DNA from: Octopus bimaculoides
Lineage: Eukaryota
DNA length: 43,443 bases
Direction of reading: 5' to 3'
Assembly (NCBI RefSeq): GCF_001194135.2
Contig: NC_069004.1
Coordinates: 3,905,712-3,949,154 of the forward strand
Part shown: piece after piece, positions 22,817-35,419 of the stretch
Position numbering within the stretch: the first letter of the stretch is position 1
Layout of the letters: the number at the start of each line of letters is the position of its first letter
Notes under the pieces: generated by a model
Told to the model about the DNA's origin: nothing
The model's database searches: none
Seen by the model: the letters and a program-made list of their open reading frames with translations, nothing else
Position numbers and translations under genes: made by a program

Positions 22817-23128
22817 AAGACCCCCTTCGATCATGGATGACCAAGGGATTGCACCTAGAAAGTCCCGAGGCACAATTCCGGGCAAGGTTGTTTATGGGAA
22901 GACCAACAGTCACCCATGCATACCAGCCTCCCCTCTTCACACCACCAGTGTTATCCAAGAGAAAGGCAAAGTGGTCGATACAGCTTGGCACCTGTGACGT
23001 CACAACTCATTCCTGCAGCTGACAGAACTGGAGTAACGGGAAAATAAAGTGACTTGCTCAAGAACACAACACACAGTCCGGTCCGGGAATCGAACTCTCT
23101 ACCTCATGATTGTGAGCCATGCTCCATA
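22817..23128 (-). mobile_element. tRNA-derived SINE family E with RTE-derived 3' region and (TATC)n tail
   Basis: The reverse-complement head has gagttcgattcccggacc and gtgttcttgagcaagtcactttat. The downstream ggtgccaagctgtatcg...gaggggaggctggtatgcatggg resembles RTE-derived SINE segments (Ceph-SINE-like, from memory). Confidence 0.7.
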
Positions 23129-23246
23129 TACGCAGATAGGTAGATGAATAAACTAGTAATAGAAGAAGAAGTAATGGAAGTAGTAATAGTAGTGCAAATA
23201 AAGTTGGTTGATTTTTGGCGGTAAAAACGAGTATGCGGATGTGCGA

Positions 23247-23285
<39 letters not shown>

Positions 23286-23394
23286 CGGCATAGTGTTTGT
23301 CTAACACAAACGAGGAGAACAGAATCCGGCGACGAGGACGGAGAGGCAAAGTGAGACGGCGAAGGACTTGGGTGCGGTGGAGGTGGCTGAAGGT

Positions 23395-23619
23395 GTGAGG
23401 TGATGGTGGTGGTGACAGTGGTAGTTGTAGTAGTGGTGGTAGTTTCGTTGCTGTTGATGGCGATGGTAGCATGCGCGCGCGCGCGCGTATGTGGTTGAAA
23501 CGTTGTTGTTGTTGTTATTGTTGGTGGTGGTGGTGGCGTTGTAAGCGGGAGCAGTGTTGTTGTTGATGGTGGTGATGGTAGTATGCTGGTGGTCTACGTT
23601 AGTAGTAGCAGCAGCAGCT

Positions 23620-23664
<45 letters not shown>

Positions 23665-23835
23665 ACAATTGAGGTGGTGTTGGTGGGGATGGTGGTGAAA
23701 TTGGTTGTGGTAACAGTAACTCTAGTAGTAGTAGTAGTAGTCGTAGTAGTTGAGGTAGTGGTGGTGGTCGTGATCGTGGTAGTAGTAGTAGTAGTAGTAG
23801 TAGTAATAGATGAGGTGGTGGTGGTGGTGGTGGTG
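23395..23835. repeat. Compound trinucleotide island (GGT/AGT/GTT)
   Basis: Direct reading. Confidence 0.9.
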
Positions 23836-24705
23836 TTATTTTGACGGATATGCTGGTGTAGGTGCGGCGTAAAGAATTTTGACGTCAAAGTTTATCAAGG
23901 TTGCNNNNNNNNNNNNNNNNNNNNNNNNNNNNNNNNNNNNNNNNNNNNNNNNNNNNNNNNNNNNNNNNNNNNNNNNNNNNNNNNNNNNNNNNNNNNNNNN
24001 NNNNNNNNNNNNNNNNNNNNNNNNNNNNNNNNNNNNNNNNNNNNNNNNNNNNNNNNNNNNNNNNNNNNNNNNNNNNNNNNNNNNNNNNNNNNNNNNNNNN
24101 NNNNNNNNNNNNNNNNNNNNNNNNNNNNNNNNNNNNNNNNNNNNNNNNNNNNNNNNNNNNNNNNNNNNNNNNNNNNNNNNNNNNNNNNNNNNNNNNNNNN
24201 NNNNNNNNNNNNNNNNNNNNNNNNNNNNNNNNNNNNNNNNNNNNNNNNNNNNNNNNNNNNNNNNNNNNNNNNNNNNNNNNNNNNNNNNNNNNNNNNNNNN
24301 NNNNNNNNNNNNNNNNNNNNNNNNNNNNNNNNNNNNNNNNNNNNNNNNNNNNNNNNNNNNNNNNNNNNNNNNNNNNNNNNNNNNNNNNNNNNNNNNNNNN
24401 NNNNNNNNNNNNNNNNNNNNNNNNNNNNNNNNNNNNNNNNNNNNNNNNNNNNNNNNNNNNNNNNNNNNNNNNNNNNNNNNNNNNNNNNNNNNNNNNNNNN
24501 NNNNNNNNNNNNNNNNNNNNNNNNNNNNNNNNNNNNNNNNNNNNNNNNNNNNNNNNNNNNNNNNNNNNNNNNNNNNNNNNNNNNNNNNNNNNNNNNNNNN
24601 NNNNNNNNNNNNNNNNNNNNNNNNNNNNNNNNNNNNNNNNNNNNNNNNNNNNNNNNNNNNNNNNNNNNNNNNNNNNNNNNNNNNNNNNNNNNNNNTATAT
24701 ATATA

Positions 24706-24885
24706 TTCTTTTACTTGTTTCAGTCATTTGACAGCAGCCATGCTGGAGCAGCACCTGTGTTTAGTCGAAGGAATCGACCCCAGAACTTATTCTTTGTAAG
24801 TCAGGTACTTATGCTATCGCCTCCCTTTTGCCGAACCGCTAGGTTACAGTGTGGTAAACTCAGCAACATCGGTTGTCAAGAGATA
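24706..24885 (-). mobile_element. SINE 3' module C
   Basis: Reverse complement of 4450-4630 over its whole length. Confidence 0.85.
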
Positions 24886-25297
24886 GTTGTGGTGGTGGTA
24901 GTGGTGGGGGAACAAGCACAGACACATACACAGGCTTCCCTTCCACACACGTCAGCTTAATTTAATTCGTCCTTAGCCGAAAGACACCCGTTGTTATGCC
25001 CTGCTATTTGCATTTGTATTTGTGTAACATTTCTCCGTTTTTTCCCCGTCCTTGTTTTCGTATACACTTGCTGCTTTCTTCCAAGGAATCTAATGCTCTT
25101 AGCTTAGTTTTTCCTTGGGGCTGGTCAGATTGGAGCAATCTCGAGTATAACCAGTCGAAATTGCGAAGATAATCTGGAACTCGACTCCAAATGACCCTTC
25201 CTTATTTTCTTTGTATCGTCTGTCTGGATGTTTTGTTGCCCCGTTTTTGTATCACCTAACTGTCTTGCGTTCTTTTCCCATTTTTGTATATATATAT

Positions 25298-25370
25298 ATG
25301 ACGGGCTTCTTTCAGTTTCCGTCCACCAAATCCACTCACAAGGCATTGGTCGGCCCGAAGCTATAGTAGA
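25298..25370 (-). mobile_element. SINE family A, 3' half
   Basis: gacgggcttctttcagtttccgtccaccaaatccactcacaaggcattggtcggcccgaagctatagtaga, with a (TA)n tail on the left. Confidence 0.88.
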
Positions 25371-25387
25371 TCTTATTATTATTATTA

Positions 25388-25420
<33 letters not shown>

Positions 25421-26084
25421 GTAGTAGTATTAGAAGTAGTAGTCGTAGTAGTAGTTGTTGTAGTAGATTCCCTTATTCAGCGCCAAATAATAACTGTTTT
25501 AGAAAATTAGTACAGAAATAAAATATGAAAATAAACAAATAAAACAAATAAAATGACAAAAAAAAAAAAAATTAGTGTGTTTTACTGAGAGAATATAAGT
25601 TGGGACGCTTACTTACTTGCCAGGGGCTACGTAAACTGTAAAGACGTTCATATATTCATGTATATACGTGTGTATACATACATACATACACACACACANN
25701 NNNNNNNNNNNNNNNNNNNNNNNNNNNNNNNNNNNNNNNNNNNNNNNNNNNNNNNNNNNNNNNNNNNNNNNNNNNNNNNNNNNNNNNNNNNNNNNNNNNN
25801 NNNNNNNNNNNNNNNNNNNNNNNNNNNNNNNNNNNNNNNNNNNNNNNNNNNNNNNNNNNNNNNNNNNNNNNNNNNNNNNNNNNNNNNNNNNNNNNNNNNN
25901 NNNNNNNNNNNNNNNNNNNNNNNNNNNNNNNNNNNNNNNNNNNNNNNNNNNNNNNNNNNNNNNNNNNNNNNNNNNNNNNNNNNNNNNNNNNNNNNNNNNN
26001 NNNNNNNNNNNNNNNNNNNNNNNNNNNNNNNNNNNNNNNNNNNNNNNNNNNNNNNNNNNNNNNNNNNNNNNNNNNNNNNNNNNN

Positions 26085-26139
<55 letters not shown>

Positions 26140-26894
26140 TTCTCTCTCTTTCTCTCTCTCTTTCTCTCTCCCTCTCTCTCCTTCTCTGTCACACACACAC
26201 ATACACACACACGCACGCTTATATTTTATACAGATTTTTTCATCATAAACACAAACACAAACACATAAACATGCATTCACACACCTTACTCACATAAACA
26301 CACACACGCACACACACACATACACACACGTGGACACATAGTTACACACATACACACACACAAACACATTTACACACCCCACTCACTTAAACAGACACGG
26401 ACACGCGCGTGCGTGCACACACACGTACAAACACATTCACACACATCACACACACAAAACAGACACACATACACACACACACACAAGCACAGATTCACAT
26501 ACACAAACACTTCCGTACACACACACACAGATACAAACACACATTCACACATCCCACGCACATAAACACACGCACACACACACACATTCATATGGTCACA
26601 CACATGTACAGGTTTTGAAATTTAAATATTCAGCACTATTTATAAACACGCCGCAAATGTAATTAAACACCCTGAGAATTATATAATGTTTACAGTTGTA
26701 TATTAAAAAAGGACAAATCAGTAAATGGTGTAGTGTATACACAGCCTCTTGCTGCCGGCGCCACCACAGGGGAGTATTATTATTATTGAAGGCGCGACAT
26801 TGCGTTTGACCCTTTGACCGATAACTGATGAGGATTTCGTAACTTTCTGTATCTGTTTTCCGTACTTTTGTTCATATATTATATTTTTAAAAGC

Positions 26895-26972
<78 letters not shown>

Positions 26973-27175
26973 GTCTGTCTGTCTATCTATCTATCTAAGC
27001 AAAATAATTGAGATTCAGATGAATTAGGTACCCAAGTTGAGGCACCAAAAATTTGTGCGGAATTATACGCACAGTTTCAAATAAAGTGAATAAAATCAAA
27101 ATAAGCAACAAGATATCCAGAGGTGATGCGGTACGATCGTTTCAAGCGATTCCATTCTCTCTCTCTCTCTCTCTT

Positions 27176-27214
<39 letters not shown>

Positions 27215-27588
27215 GGTTCCTTTAAATTTCTCATTCAAATCCCTTCGAATGTCACCCTTAATGTATCCTGGGGTGTTGATACATAACCGCGCACAAGTCA
27301 AGTCCAGTGCTGCAGTATTGAGTTCATCGTTACAGTGTGAACTCCACCGCTAAAATCTGTGGTGCTGAGCCAAAATTTTGTATGCATGTATAAATTATAT
27401 ATACATGTATACATGCAAATATGTATGTGTACAAATATATATGCATATGAATATATATATGTGTTCATGTGTGTGTGTGTGTCTCATAGCAATATATATT
27501 AGCATATTATGTATGTATATATGTATATACAGGTGTATCTACATTCACACATATCGATGTATGTACACACACAAAAGTCTGTGTTTGG

Positions 27589-27626
<38 letters not shown>

Positions 27627-27670
27627 TATACGTATGCATGTACAAATACATTCATGCATACATACACAAA

Positions 27671-27730
<60 letters not shown>

Positions 27731-28194
27731 TACATACGTCACAAATATTGTGTGCACCACCGACACTCCTCCCTTCATTAGCCACCAGTATATAAAACGC
27801 TTAGAAACGCAGGACCATTGCATCTTTTCATGTATCAGCCCCATTGTTATAATCAGGAAATGTTCTCCATTATCAGATGAGAAGAACAATAGACTGTTTC
27901 ATCTACGGTTCGATCCATTATCGATGTTTTGCTTTATTTATGAAAACAGAGGTGAGCGCCAACTAACGTGATGAAATTACACGTAAGATGTGATAAGATC
28001 TGCTAGAAGTAGGAGCTAGATCTACTTTAAAAAATCACACCCAGTAGATTTGAGGAAGATTGTTCTCATGTTTTGTATAAAGCTAGGATACAGTAGATTA
28101 ATCATGGGTAAACTGTGACTCCTGGGACTTCCTCTAAAAATTACTTTGAATATTTCTAGTAGTGCAGACATTGGAATAATGTTTTCCTCTCAAA

Positions 28195-28493
28195 CCCTCA
28201 TTCATGGGGCCGAAGAGATGATAGTCCAGTGACGATGATAGTCCGGCGACGAGGAAGTAGAAACTGTAGTGAAGAAGTGGTTCAAAGAACAGTCAACAGA
28301 ATTTTACTGGGCAGGGATACATGCTCTCATTCAAAGGTGGAACATTGCTATTGAGAGAAACGGTGACTATGTTGAGAAGTAGGGATGTGATCCACAGAGG
28401 ACCATCTTCATTTTGATGTATGATGCATGTTCCTGCGTTGGTAATTATACCTGTCCTAAACGAAATGGCATTACTTCTTGACTCACCCTCGTA
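28195..28493 (+). mobile_element. Mariner 3' end: transposase C-terminus, 3' TIR and TA target
   Basis: DEEVETVVKKWFKEQSTEFYWAGIHALIQRWNIAIERNGDYVEK* (28248-28382) is a typical mariner C-terminus. TIR aaatggcattacttcttgactcaccctcg (28463-28491) is followed by TA. Confidence 0.9.
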
Positions 28494-29082
28494 CATACCA
28501 TGAAATACGGCAGCGGTATCTTTTTAACGAAGGGTCTGAGCTAAGCGGAGGTTTAATTGGATCGTTGAAATGTATTAGGGAAGCGTAAAGAAGTGAGACT
28601 CTCTTCTTAATACCCACCCGACTTAAAATAAACATATTTGGCGATGTGAGTCGGGAGAAAATAAAGAAAAGAGAGAGAGAGAAAGAGAAAAAAGATGTTT
28701 CTTTTTTCTTTTTCTACGCACAGGAATGTTACGTGGAGGTTAATAATTATAATTTCCGCTCCAACCTCCCCTCATTCGGCGTCAAACGTTTCCCCCACAT
28801 TCACAAGCACGTGCTTAATTAACGATAAACCAACTTCTCAATCCCTTACATACCTAATGACTCAATCACCCACCCCACTGGTTCCACAAACAACACACAA
28901 ATCGCCGGCTCAGCTGGGAATACTTGCCGCTAATAAATTAGGCAGCTAACCATTCCAAATCTATGATGATGCATTTATTGCGAAGATCTGAGGGTGTGAG
29001 AAGGTATTTACCTATAGAGGTAGGCAATTACCTGTCTCTTTACCTGCTTATCTACCCTACCCACCCAATACCTATCCATGTT

Positions 29083-29152
<70 letters not shown>

Positions 29153-29950
29153 ATCAATATATATATATATCGTGTTACGCTAAGAGGCGGTGCACGGTAG
29201 CAGAATATTCGTCTCAAATCCAATATAACAAACCAATCTAAATCATTGTTAGAGTATCCGCATACGTGGAGCCTGGACCGATTAGTTTGTACTGGCATCG
29301 AATCATATAAGCCTCGATAATGAATGCAAACCAGTGATTGATATATANNNNNNNNNNNNNNNNNNNNNNNNNNNNNNNNNNNNNNNNNNNNNNNNNNNNN
29401 NNNNNNNNNNNNNNNNNNNNNNNNNNNNNNNNNNNNNNNNNNNNNNNNNNNNNNNNNNNNNNNNNNNNNNNNNNNNNNNNNNNNNNNNNNNNNNNNNNNN
29501 NNNNNNNNNNNNNNNNNNNNNNNNNNNNNNNNNNNNNNNNNNNNNNNNNNNNNNNNNNNNNNNNNNNNNNNNNNNNNNNNNNNNNNNNNNNNNNNNNNNN
29601 NNNNNNNNNNNNNNNNNNNNNNNNNNNNNNNNNNNNNNNNNNNNNNNNNNNNNNNNNNNNNNNAATGCAATGTATGGTTGATTCAAAGCTAGAAGGATGG
29701 AAATTCTATATCTTAACAACACAATAACTAATTGCGTTTTTTTTTTATTATTATTGTGTTATTTTCGTTTTTTTTGGGTTCGTAGATTATCACGCAGTAT
29801 CTTCATGTTATACGTGTTATGAAAACGTGACGAAATGCGATTCACTGAACCCAAGGAGGACGCGCAAATTTGTGCAATGCCTCTCCACTACATTAACGCG
29901 TTATGAGTGCAACAAATAATAAATAAATAAATAAATAAATAAATCAAAAC

Positions 29951-30115
29951 AGGCGTGGCTGTGTGGTGAGGTGTTTGCTTCCCAACCATGTGATGCCAGG
30001 TTCAATCTCATTGCGTGGCACTCTTGGCAAGTGTCTTCTACTTAGAGTCCCGTGCCGACAAAAGACTTATGAGTGGATTTAGTGGATTTATTGAGGGGGA
30101 AACTGAAAGAAGCGT
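29951..30115 (+). mobile_element. SINE family A, diverged
   Basis: aggcgtggctgtgtgg...ttggcaagtgtcttctact...gagtggattt...gaaactgaaagaagc, followed by (TATG)n. Confidence 0.8.
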
Positions 30116-30148
30116 GTGTATATGTATGTATGTGTGTATGTATGTGTG

Positions 30149-30180
<32 letters not shown>

Positions 30181-30638
30181 TGTACGTATGGTGATATATA
30201 AGATTCTTGAAAGAGATCAAACTACGTAAGATGTCGCAGTTAAAATTCAATGAGTTATTCATATTCCTGGCACTGCCATATGTAATTTTCTGGCCATTCA
30301 AAGGTCATTAAAGACAAGGAAGATACGTTGACCGTTGGAATCGATGGCGTTTGTGAGTTTGGATGACCTGTGGTGGATGGTCTGTGGCGGCTAAAAGCTC
30401 TAAAAGCGAAGAATTAGATTTTAGATAACGTTTTGTATGTTGTAATGGCAGGGGCTGGGGTGAAAGGAATTGCTGTTTCAGGATTATTGGTTGTTACTTC
30501 ATCTGAGAGAGAGGGAGAGAGAGAGGGAGAGAGAAAGGGAGAGAGAGAGGGAGAGGGAGAGAGAGAGAGAGTGAGGGAAAGAGAGAAAGTGGAAAATGAG
30601 AGTGAAAAATGAAAGAGAAACAGAGAAGGGGTGCAACC

Positions 30639-30686
<48 letters not shown>

Positions 30687-31076
30687 GTGTTTGTGTGTGA
30701 AAGAGAGAGAAAACAAGAGACAGTGAAAGGGAGCGAAGGAGAGAGAGAAAGAAAGGGAACGTGAGAAAAAGAGAGAACGAGAGAGAAAGAGACTGAGATA
30801 TCTCTGGTTAAACAACAATGAAACATCAAAATCCAATTCTCACCATGACACTTTCGTAAACTTATCGAAATTCAGACACCCGACATTCTACCTAGCTGTA
30901 GAATATTGTTCAGGCATAAAAGACCACCACCACCACCACCACCATCACCACCACTACCACCACCACCACCACCACGAATTTCTTCTGGTTCTTTGAAATT
31001 TCTTTCGTATCTCTGGTAGTTGTCTCGTGCCTGACCTTAGTTCCATATAACTAATGCGGTGTAAAGAAAAAAACTG

Positions 31077-31400
31077 CGTAGGCACAGTGTGACTGAATGG
31101 TTAAGAAATTCACTTCGCGACCCTGAAGCCCCAGGTTCGATCCCACGCTCATTCTGTGGTATCTTGGACAAATGTAGGGCCGTTCTATGGGTTTTGAGGG
31201 AAATTTGATAGACGGAAACTATACAGAAGCCCGTCGCATGGATTGCACCTGTTATTTATAACGTTAACACACTCTGTGTCACGCTGATTCTGCCTGAGAG
31301 TTATCTTAAGTGTACACGTGCCTGTGGTACACTCAGTCACCTAGACGTTAATTCACCAGGAGATAATTCGGTTGACAAAACAACCGAATCCTCGTCGCCA
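31077..31400 (+). mobile_element. Diverged SINE: family A-like head joined to family D-like 3' region
   Basis: The 5' part ends gacggaaactatacagaagcccgtcg (A type). The 3' part acactctgtgtcacgctga...gtacacgtg...cgttaatt...cctcgtcgcc matches 32476-32610. Confidence 0.65.
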
Positions 31401-31402
31401 AA

Positions 31403-31498
31403 TGGCGAGGATTCCATCACTACCATATATATGCAGAGACGGTAGCAGACTGGCGAGGATCCCATCACTACCATATATGTACAGAGAAGGTAGTAGAA
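31403..31498. repeat. Two-copy 48-bp tandem duplication
   Basis: tggcgaggattccatcactaccatatatatgcagagacggtagcagac and tggcgaggatcccatcactaccatatatgtacagagaaggtagtagaa. Confidence 0.9.
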
Positions 31499-31902
31499 TG
31501 TTTAAGGTACTGGATTACCTGCTCATGCTTATGAGATCAAATCTTGTACTAGCGATTCTTTGCAATTATGAAAGCAACACTTAATCGCTAACACCCGTAG
31601 TTCGCGATACTGCACTAGCGATTAGGTACTAGAGGAATTTTAGTTAGCGGTAAAACACAGAACACTAAGTTGCCAGAGGGAATAAGAACCTGATCATTTG
31701 GTTTGTCTCTAAGCCACAGACGACTGAGCTGCGGTTGAGAATAGGTACAAGATCGACTGGTTTCCACTTGAGACAAGTTTTTCAATCGGTTTAATTCGAT
31801 TTTCCATTAGAGTGAGAATTTGGTCTCCTGATATCGGATATCAGAGACAACTGATATATATAAATATAGCATAGATATCCGCCATCAGAGATTATTATGT
31901 GT

Positions 31903-32045
31903 AAGCACGATTGTATGGTTAAGAAGTTTGCTTGTTCAGTACCACTACCTAGCACTTGGAACAGGTGTACTAAGCTAGCCTCAGACCGATCAAAACCATG
32001 TGAGTGAATTTGATTGACGGAAACTGAAAGAAACCCGTCGTATAA
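31903..32045 (+). mobile_element. SINE family A, diverged and internally deleted
   Basis: ...gtgagtgaatttgattgacggaaactgaaagaaacccgtcgtata. Confidence 0.75.
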
Positions 32046-32249
32046 ATACATACATGCAAATACATGTACGTACGTACGTATTATGTATGTGTGCATGTAT
32101 ACAACCACACACAAATGTTAATATATACGCAAACACATGCATATTTTGTGGGAACAATGAATCTAGAAGTAGATAAAACTATCAATAACTGCGGCAACAA
32201 TATGCATATATATTTGTATATGTGTATGTGCGTATGTATGTATCTGTGT

Positions 32250-32636
32250 GGAGGCGCAATGGCCCAGTGGTTAGGGCAGCGGACTCGCGGTCATAGGATC
32301 GTGGTTTCGATTCCCAGACCGGGCGTTGTGAGTGTTTATTGAGCGAAAACACCTAAAGCTCCACGAGGCTCCGGCAGGGGATGGTGGCGAACCCTGCTGT
32401 ACTCTTTCACCACAACTTTCTCTCACTCTTACTTCCTGTTTCTGTTGTGCCTGTAATTCAAAGGGTCAGCCTTGTCACACTCTGTGTCACGCTGAATATC
32501 CCCGAGAACTACGTTAAGGGTACACGTGTCTGTGGAGTGCTCAGCCACTTACACGTTAATTTCACGAGCAGGCTGTTCCGTTGATCGGATCAACTGGAAC
32601 CCTCGACGCCGTAAGCGACGGAGTGCCAACAACAAC
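32250..32636 (+). mobile_element. tRNA-derived SINE family D, apparently full length (about 390 bp), (AAC)3 tail
   Basis: A-box tggcccagtgg and B-box ggtttcgattccc. The 3' region is shared with 31265-31400 and 37155-37290. Confidence 0.82.
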
Positions 32637-33214
32637 GTATAATGACATCCGTTCCTTACTAAGTCGTATCTTAAAGGGTCAATTATTTTGGTAGTTCACA
32701 CACACACCCACACCTGAATAGTGTAAAGGTCACAGTGGTTCCCACTTGTTGACCAACACTAATTAAAGCCAGGTTGGCAGTCAATCAACAGCGTTCGGTT
32801 ATAGTTCTGGTCATCCTAGTTAATTAATTGCTAAGTGACAGTGCTCCCTTCATCGGAGCTGTAAATAGATACCAAAGAGTAAAAAACAAGACGCCGTCTT
32901 CGGCAGCGGATGCATTAAATATACATAATTACTTGTCTGTTTGTCTATCTATCTTGTTTGGCTTTGTATAAATTAAACATAAATTGTGTGACTGATTTTT
33001 CATCCATCCATCCATCCATCCATCCATCCATCCNNNNNNNNNNNNNNNNNNNNNNNNNNNNNNNNNNNNNNNNNNNNNNNNNNNNNNNNNNNNNNNNNNN
33101 NNNNNNNNNNNNNNNATCCACCCACCTACCCATCTGTCTGTCTGTCTGCCTGTCTGTTTCTTTGCCCGTCCGTCTATCTGTCTGTCTATCTGTCTGCCTG
33201 TCTGCCTGTCTGTT

Positions 33215-33291
<77 letters not shown>

Positions 33292-33875
33292 GTCTGTCTG
33301 TCTGTCTGTCTCCGCCACTCTCTCTCGTTCTCTATCTACCTACCTACCTACCTACCTACCTACATACATACCTACCTACCCGTCTCTCTATCTCTTTCTA
33401 CGTTAGCTCCCGTTAGACGGTGGCTATAGTAGAACTCTACCAGTCTATAATTATAACATGACATCTCTATTTGGCTGTTACTATTTATAAATAGACGGTT
33501 ATAGATTTTTTTAGACACCCTCCGTCTTACTCTACATTAAGATAGTGGTGTACGATTGAAATAACGATACAGTACTGCATTGAACTCAATTCTACTACGA
33601 TCTACGAGCTGGATACTACTATGTTTGTAGTGCCTTCATGTTTTATCTTATCTTCGTCGACCCGTCTGTCTGTATACCTATCTCCGAATCTATCTATCTA
33701 TCTATTTATGAATATATATACATATATGTATAAATAGAGAAAAGGATAAAGAGAACAATGGTAAAGTTAGAATTATATTTTATGGATACTCGGTATTACC
33801 TGTATCTTTGGGTTTGGGTTTGGTTAAATCCAATACCCTCCTTAACATTATATGTACATATATATATATTTATGA

Positions 33876-33933
<58 letters not shown>

Positions 33934-34354
33934 GTATATGTTTACATATATATTATACAATATAAATTTTTTAAATAGCATTCGATTAACTACCCGGAAA
34001 TTCACCCTCTTTCTCTCTGACGAGAGGATGTATTACCTAATAATGATTATCAATTTTAGATTCCATTTCGAAGGGTAACACATTCATGAAACGATCGTAA
34101 AATATTCTAAACTTTTAAACTTTTTAAATAATCATACATTTATATATCTATCTATTAATACAATATTATTTTGGACGTATATCTTCTGTGATGATATTTT
34201 GATGTAATTTTCCTGGTCTTATTTTATAATATAATATATAACCGCTCTTATTAAATCTCTGAATACTTTTAATGTTTTAGACATTTCCCTACCAAGAGCA
34301 CTTATTAGAAATTCAGTATTACTGTATTCTCATTGAAGCCACCTGGTATAAATT

Positions 34355-34766
34355 CATCATGATCACCACCACCACCTCCACCATCGTCATCACCACAATC
34401 CCTCATCATCATCATCACCTTCACCACAATCATCATCATCATCATCATCATCGTCGTCGTCGTCGTCGTCGTATGACAGCGAAGACGCAGAGCCAATCTA
34501 ATAATCACTGCGAAACGACAAATGCACCAACGCAATGCAACCCGCCACCACATCACATCACCGCGGCTGCTGCAGCTGCTGCTGCTGCTGCAGATGATGT
34601 TTACTTTACAAGCATCATCGGCAACGTTACATAACCACTCTCATCACCACCAACACCATCATCCTCATCATCTTAATAGATGACAATATAAAAAGTATAC
34701 GACACAAAAAAAGAATGTGGTCCACCACCACCACCACCACCACTACCACCACTACTACTAATACTA

Positions 34767-34831
<65 letters not shown>

Positions 34832-34985
34832 GCTACCAACAGCACCACAATATCGAGCTCTACTAATACGACCACCGACAGCGCCATCAACTCTACGATG
34901 GCAAGGAGAACCACCACCACCACCTACTACTACTACTAGAGCTTCTACTGCTGCTTCGTCAGTAGTGTAAACATCCGCAACAACA
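34355..34985. repeat. Compound trinucleotide island (CAT/CGT/GCT/CAC/TAC)
   Basis: Direct reading. Confidence 0.9.
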
Positions 34986-35273
34986 ACAAAAACAATTACC
35001 ACAGCAAGGTCATTCAACTGGCGAGAAAACAGTCAAATTCACATTAAACCACGCCCAAACATCTTAAATAACGGAAGGACACACTTTTGGATTTGGGGAT
35101 TCTTCTCATTCCGAATAGGAGATTGTTTTCCCAGAAAATAAGATGGGATAGTCAAAGTTGGAATACATTTAGGTCCATAAGTTTGCTTGATTTGGGCTTG
35201 ACCTGACCTGGGGTTAAATAACGTACGACAATAACAACAATAAATATGACAAAATATCTACATACACTTATAC

Positions 35274-35380
35274 AGGCATGGCTGTGTGGTAAGAAGCCTG
35301 CTTTCCAATCACATGGTTCCGGGTTCAGTTCCATTGCGTGGCACCTTGGGCAAGTGTCTTCTACTATGGCCTCGGGCCGA

Positions 35381-35382
<2 letters not shown>
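35274..35382 (+). mobile_element. SINE family A, 3'-truncated by (TA)n
   Basis: aggcatggctgtgtggtaagaagc...gcaccttgggcaagtgtcttctactatggcctcgggccgacc|tatata. Confidence 0.88.

Positions 35383-35419
<37 letters not shown>

Noticed and set aside
24960-25270. Non-simple segment that may be an interspersed repeat end
   Set aside because: No second copy, TIR, TSD or coding motif is visible in the window to support a call.
26825-26870. Hammerhead-like CTGATGAG...C GTAAC
   Set aside because: It has GTAA instead of GAAA, and stems I and III do not pair.
27789-27800. TATA-like tatataaaa as an internal promoter
   Set aside because: Such motifs are ubiquitous in this AT-rich sequence, and no downstream exon or ORF supports it.
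2295-28493. The two mariner fragments as ends of one large element
   Set aside because: They lie on opposite strands and point away from each other, and no matching 5' TIR was found. They are best treated as independent relics.
32250-32325. tRNA genes at SINE heads (also 15322, 20916, 23128)
   Set aside because: A/B boxes are present, but I could not form an acceptor stem or cloverleaf, and each continues into a SINE body.
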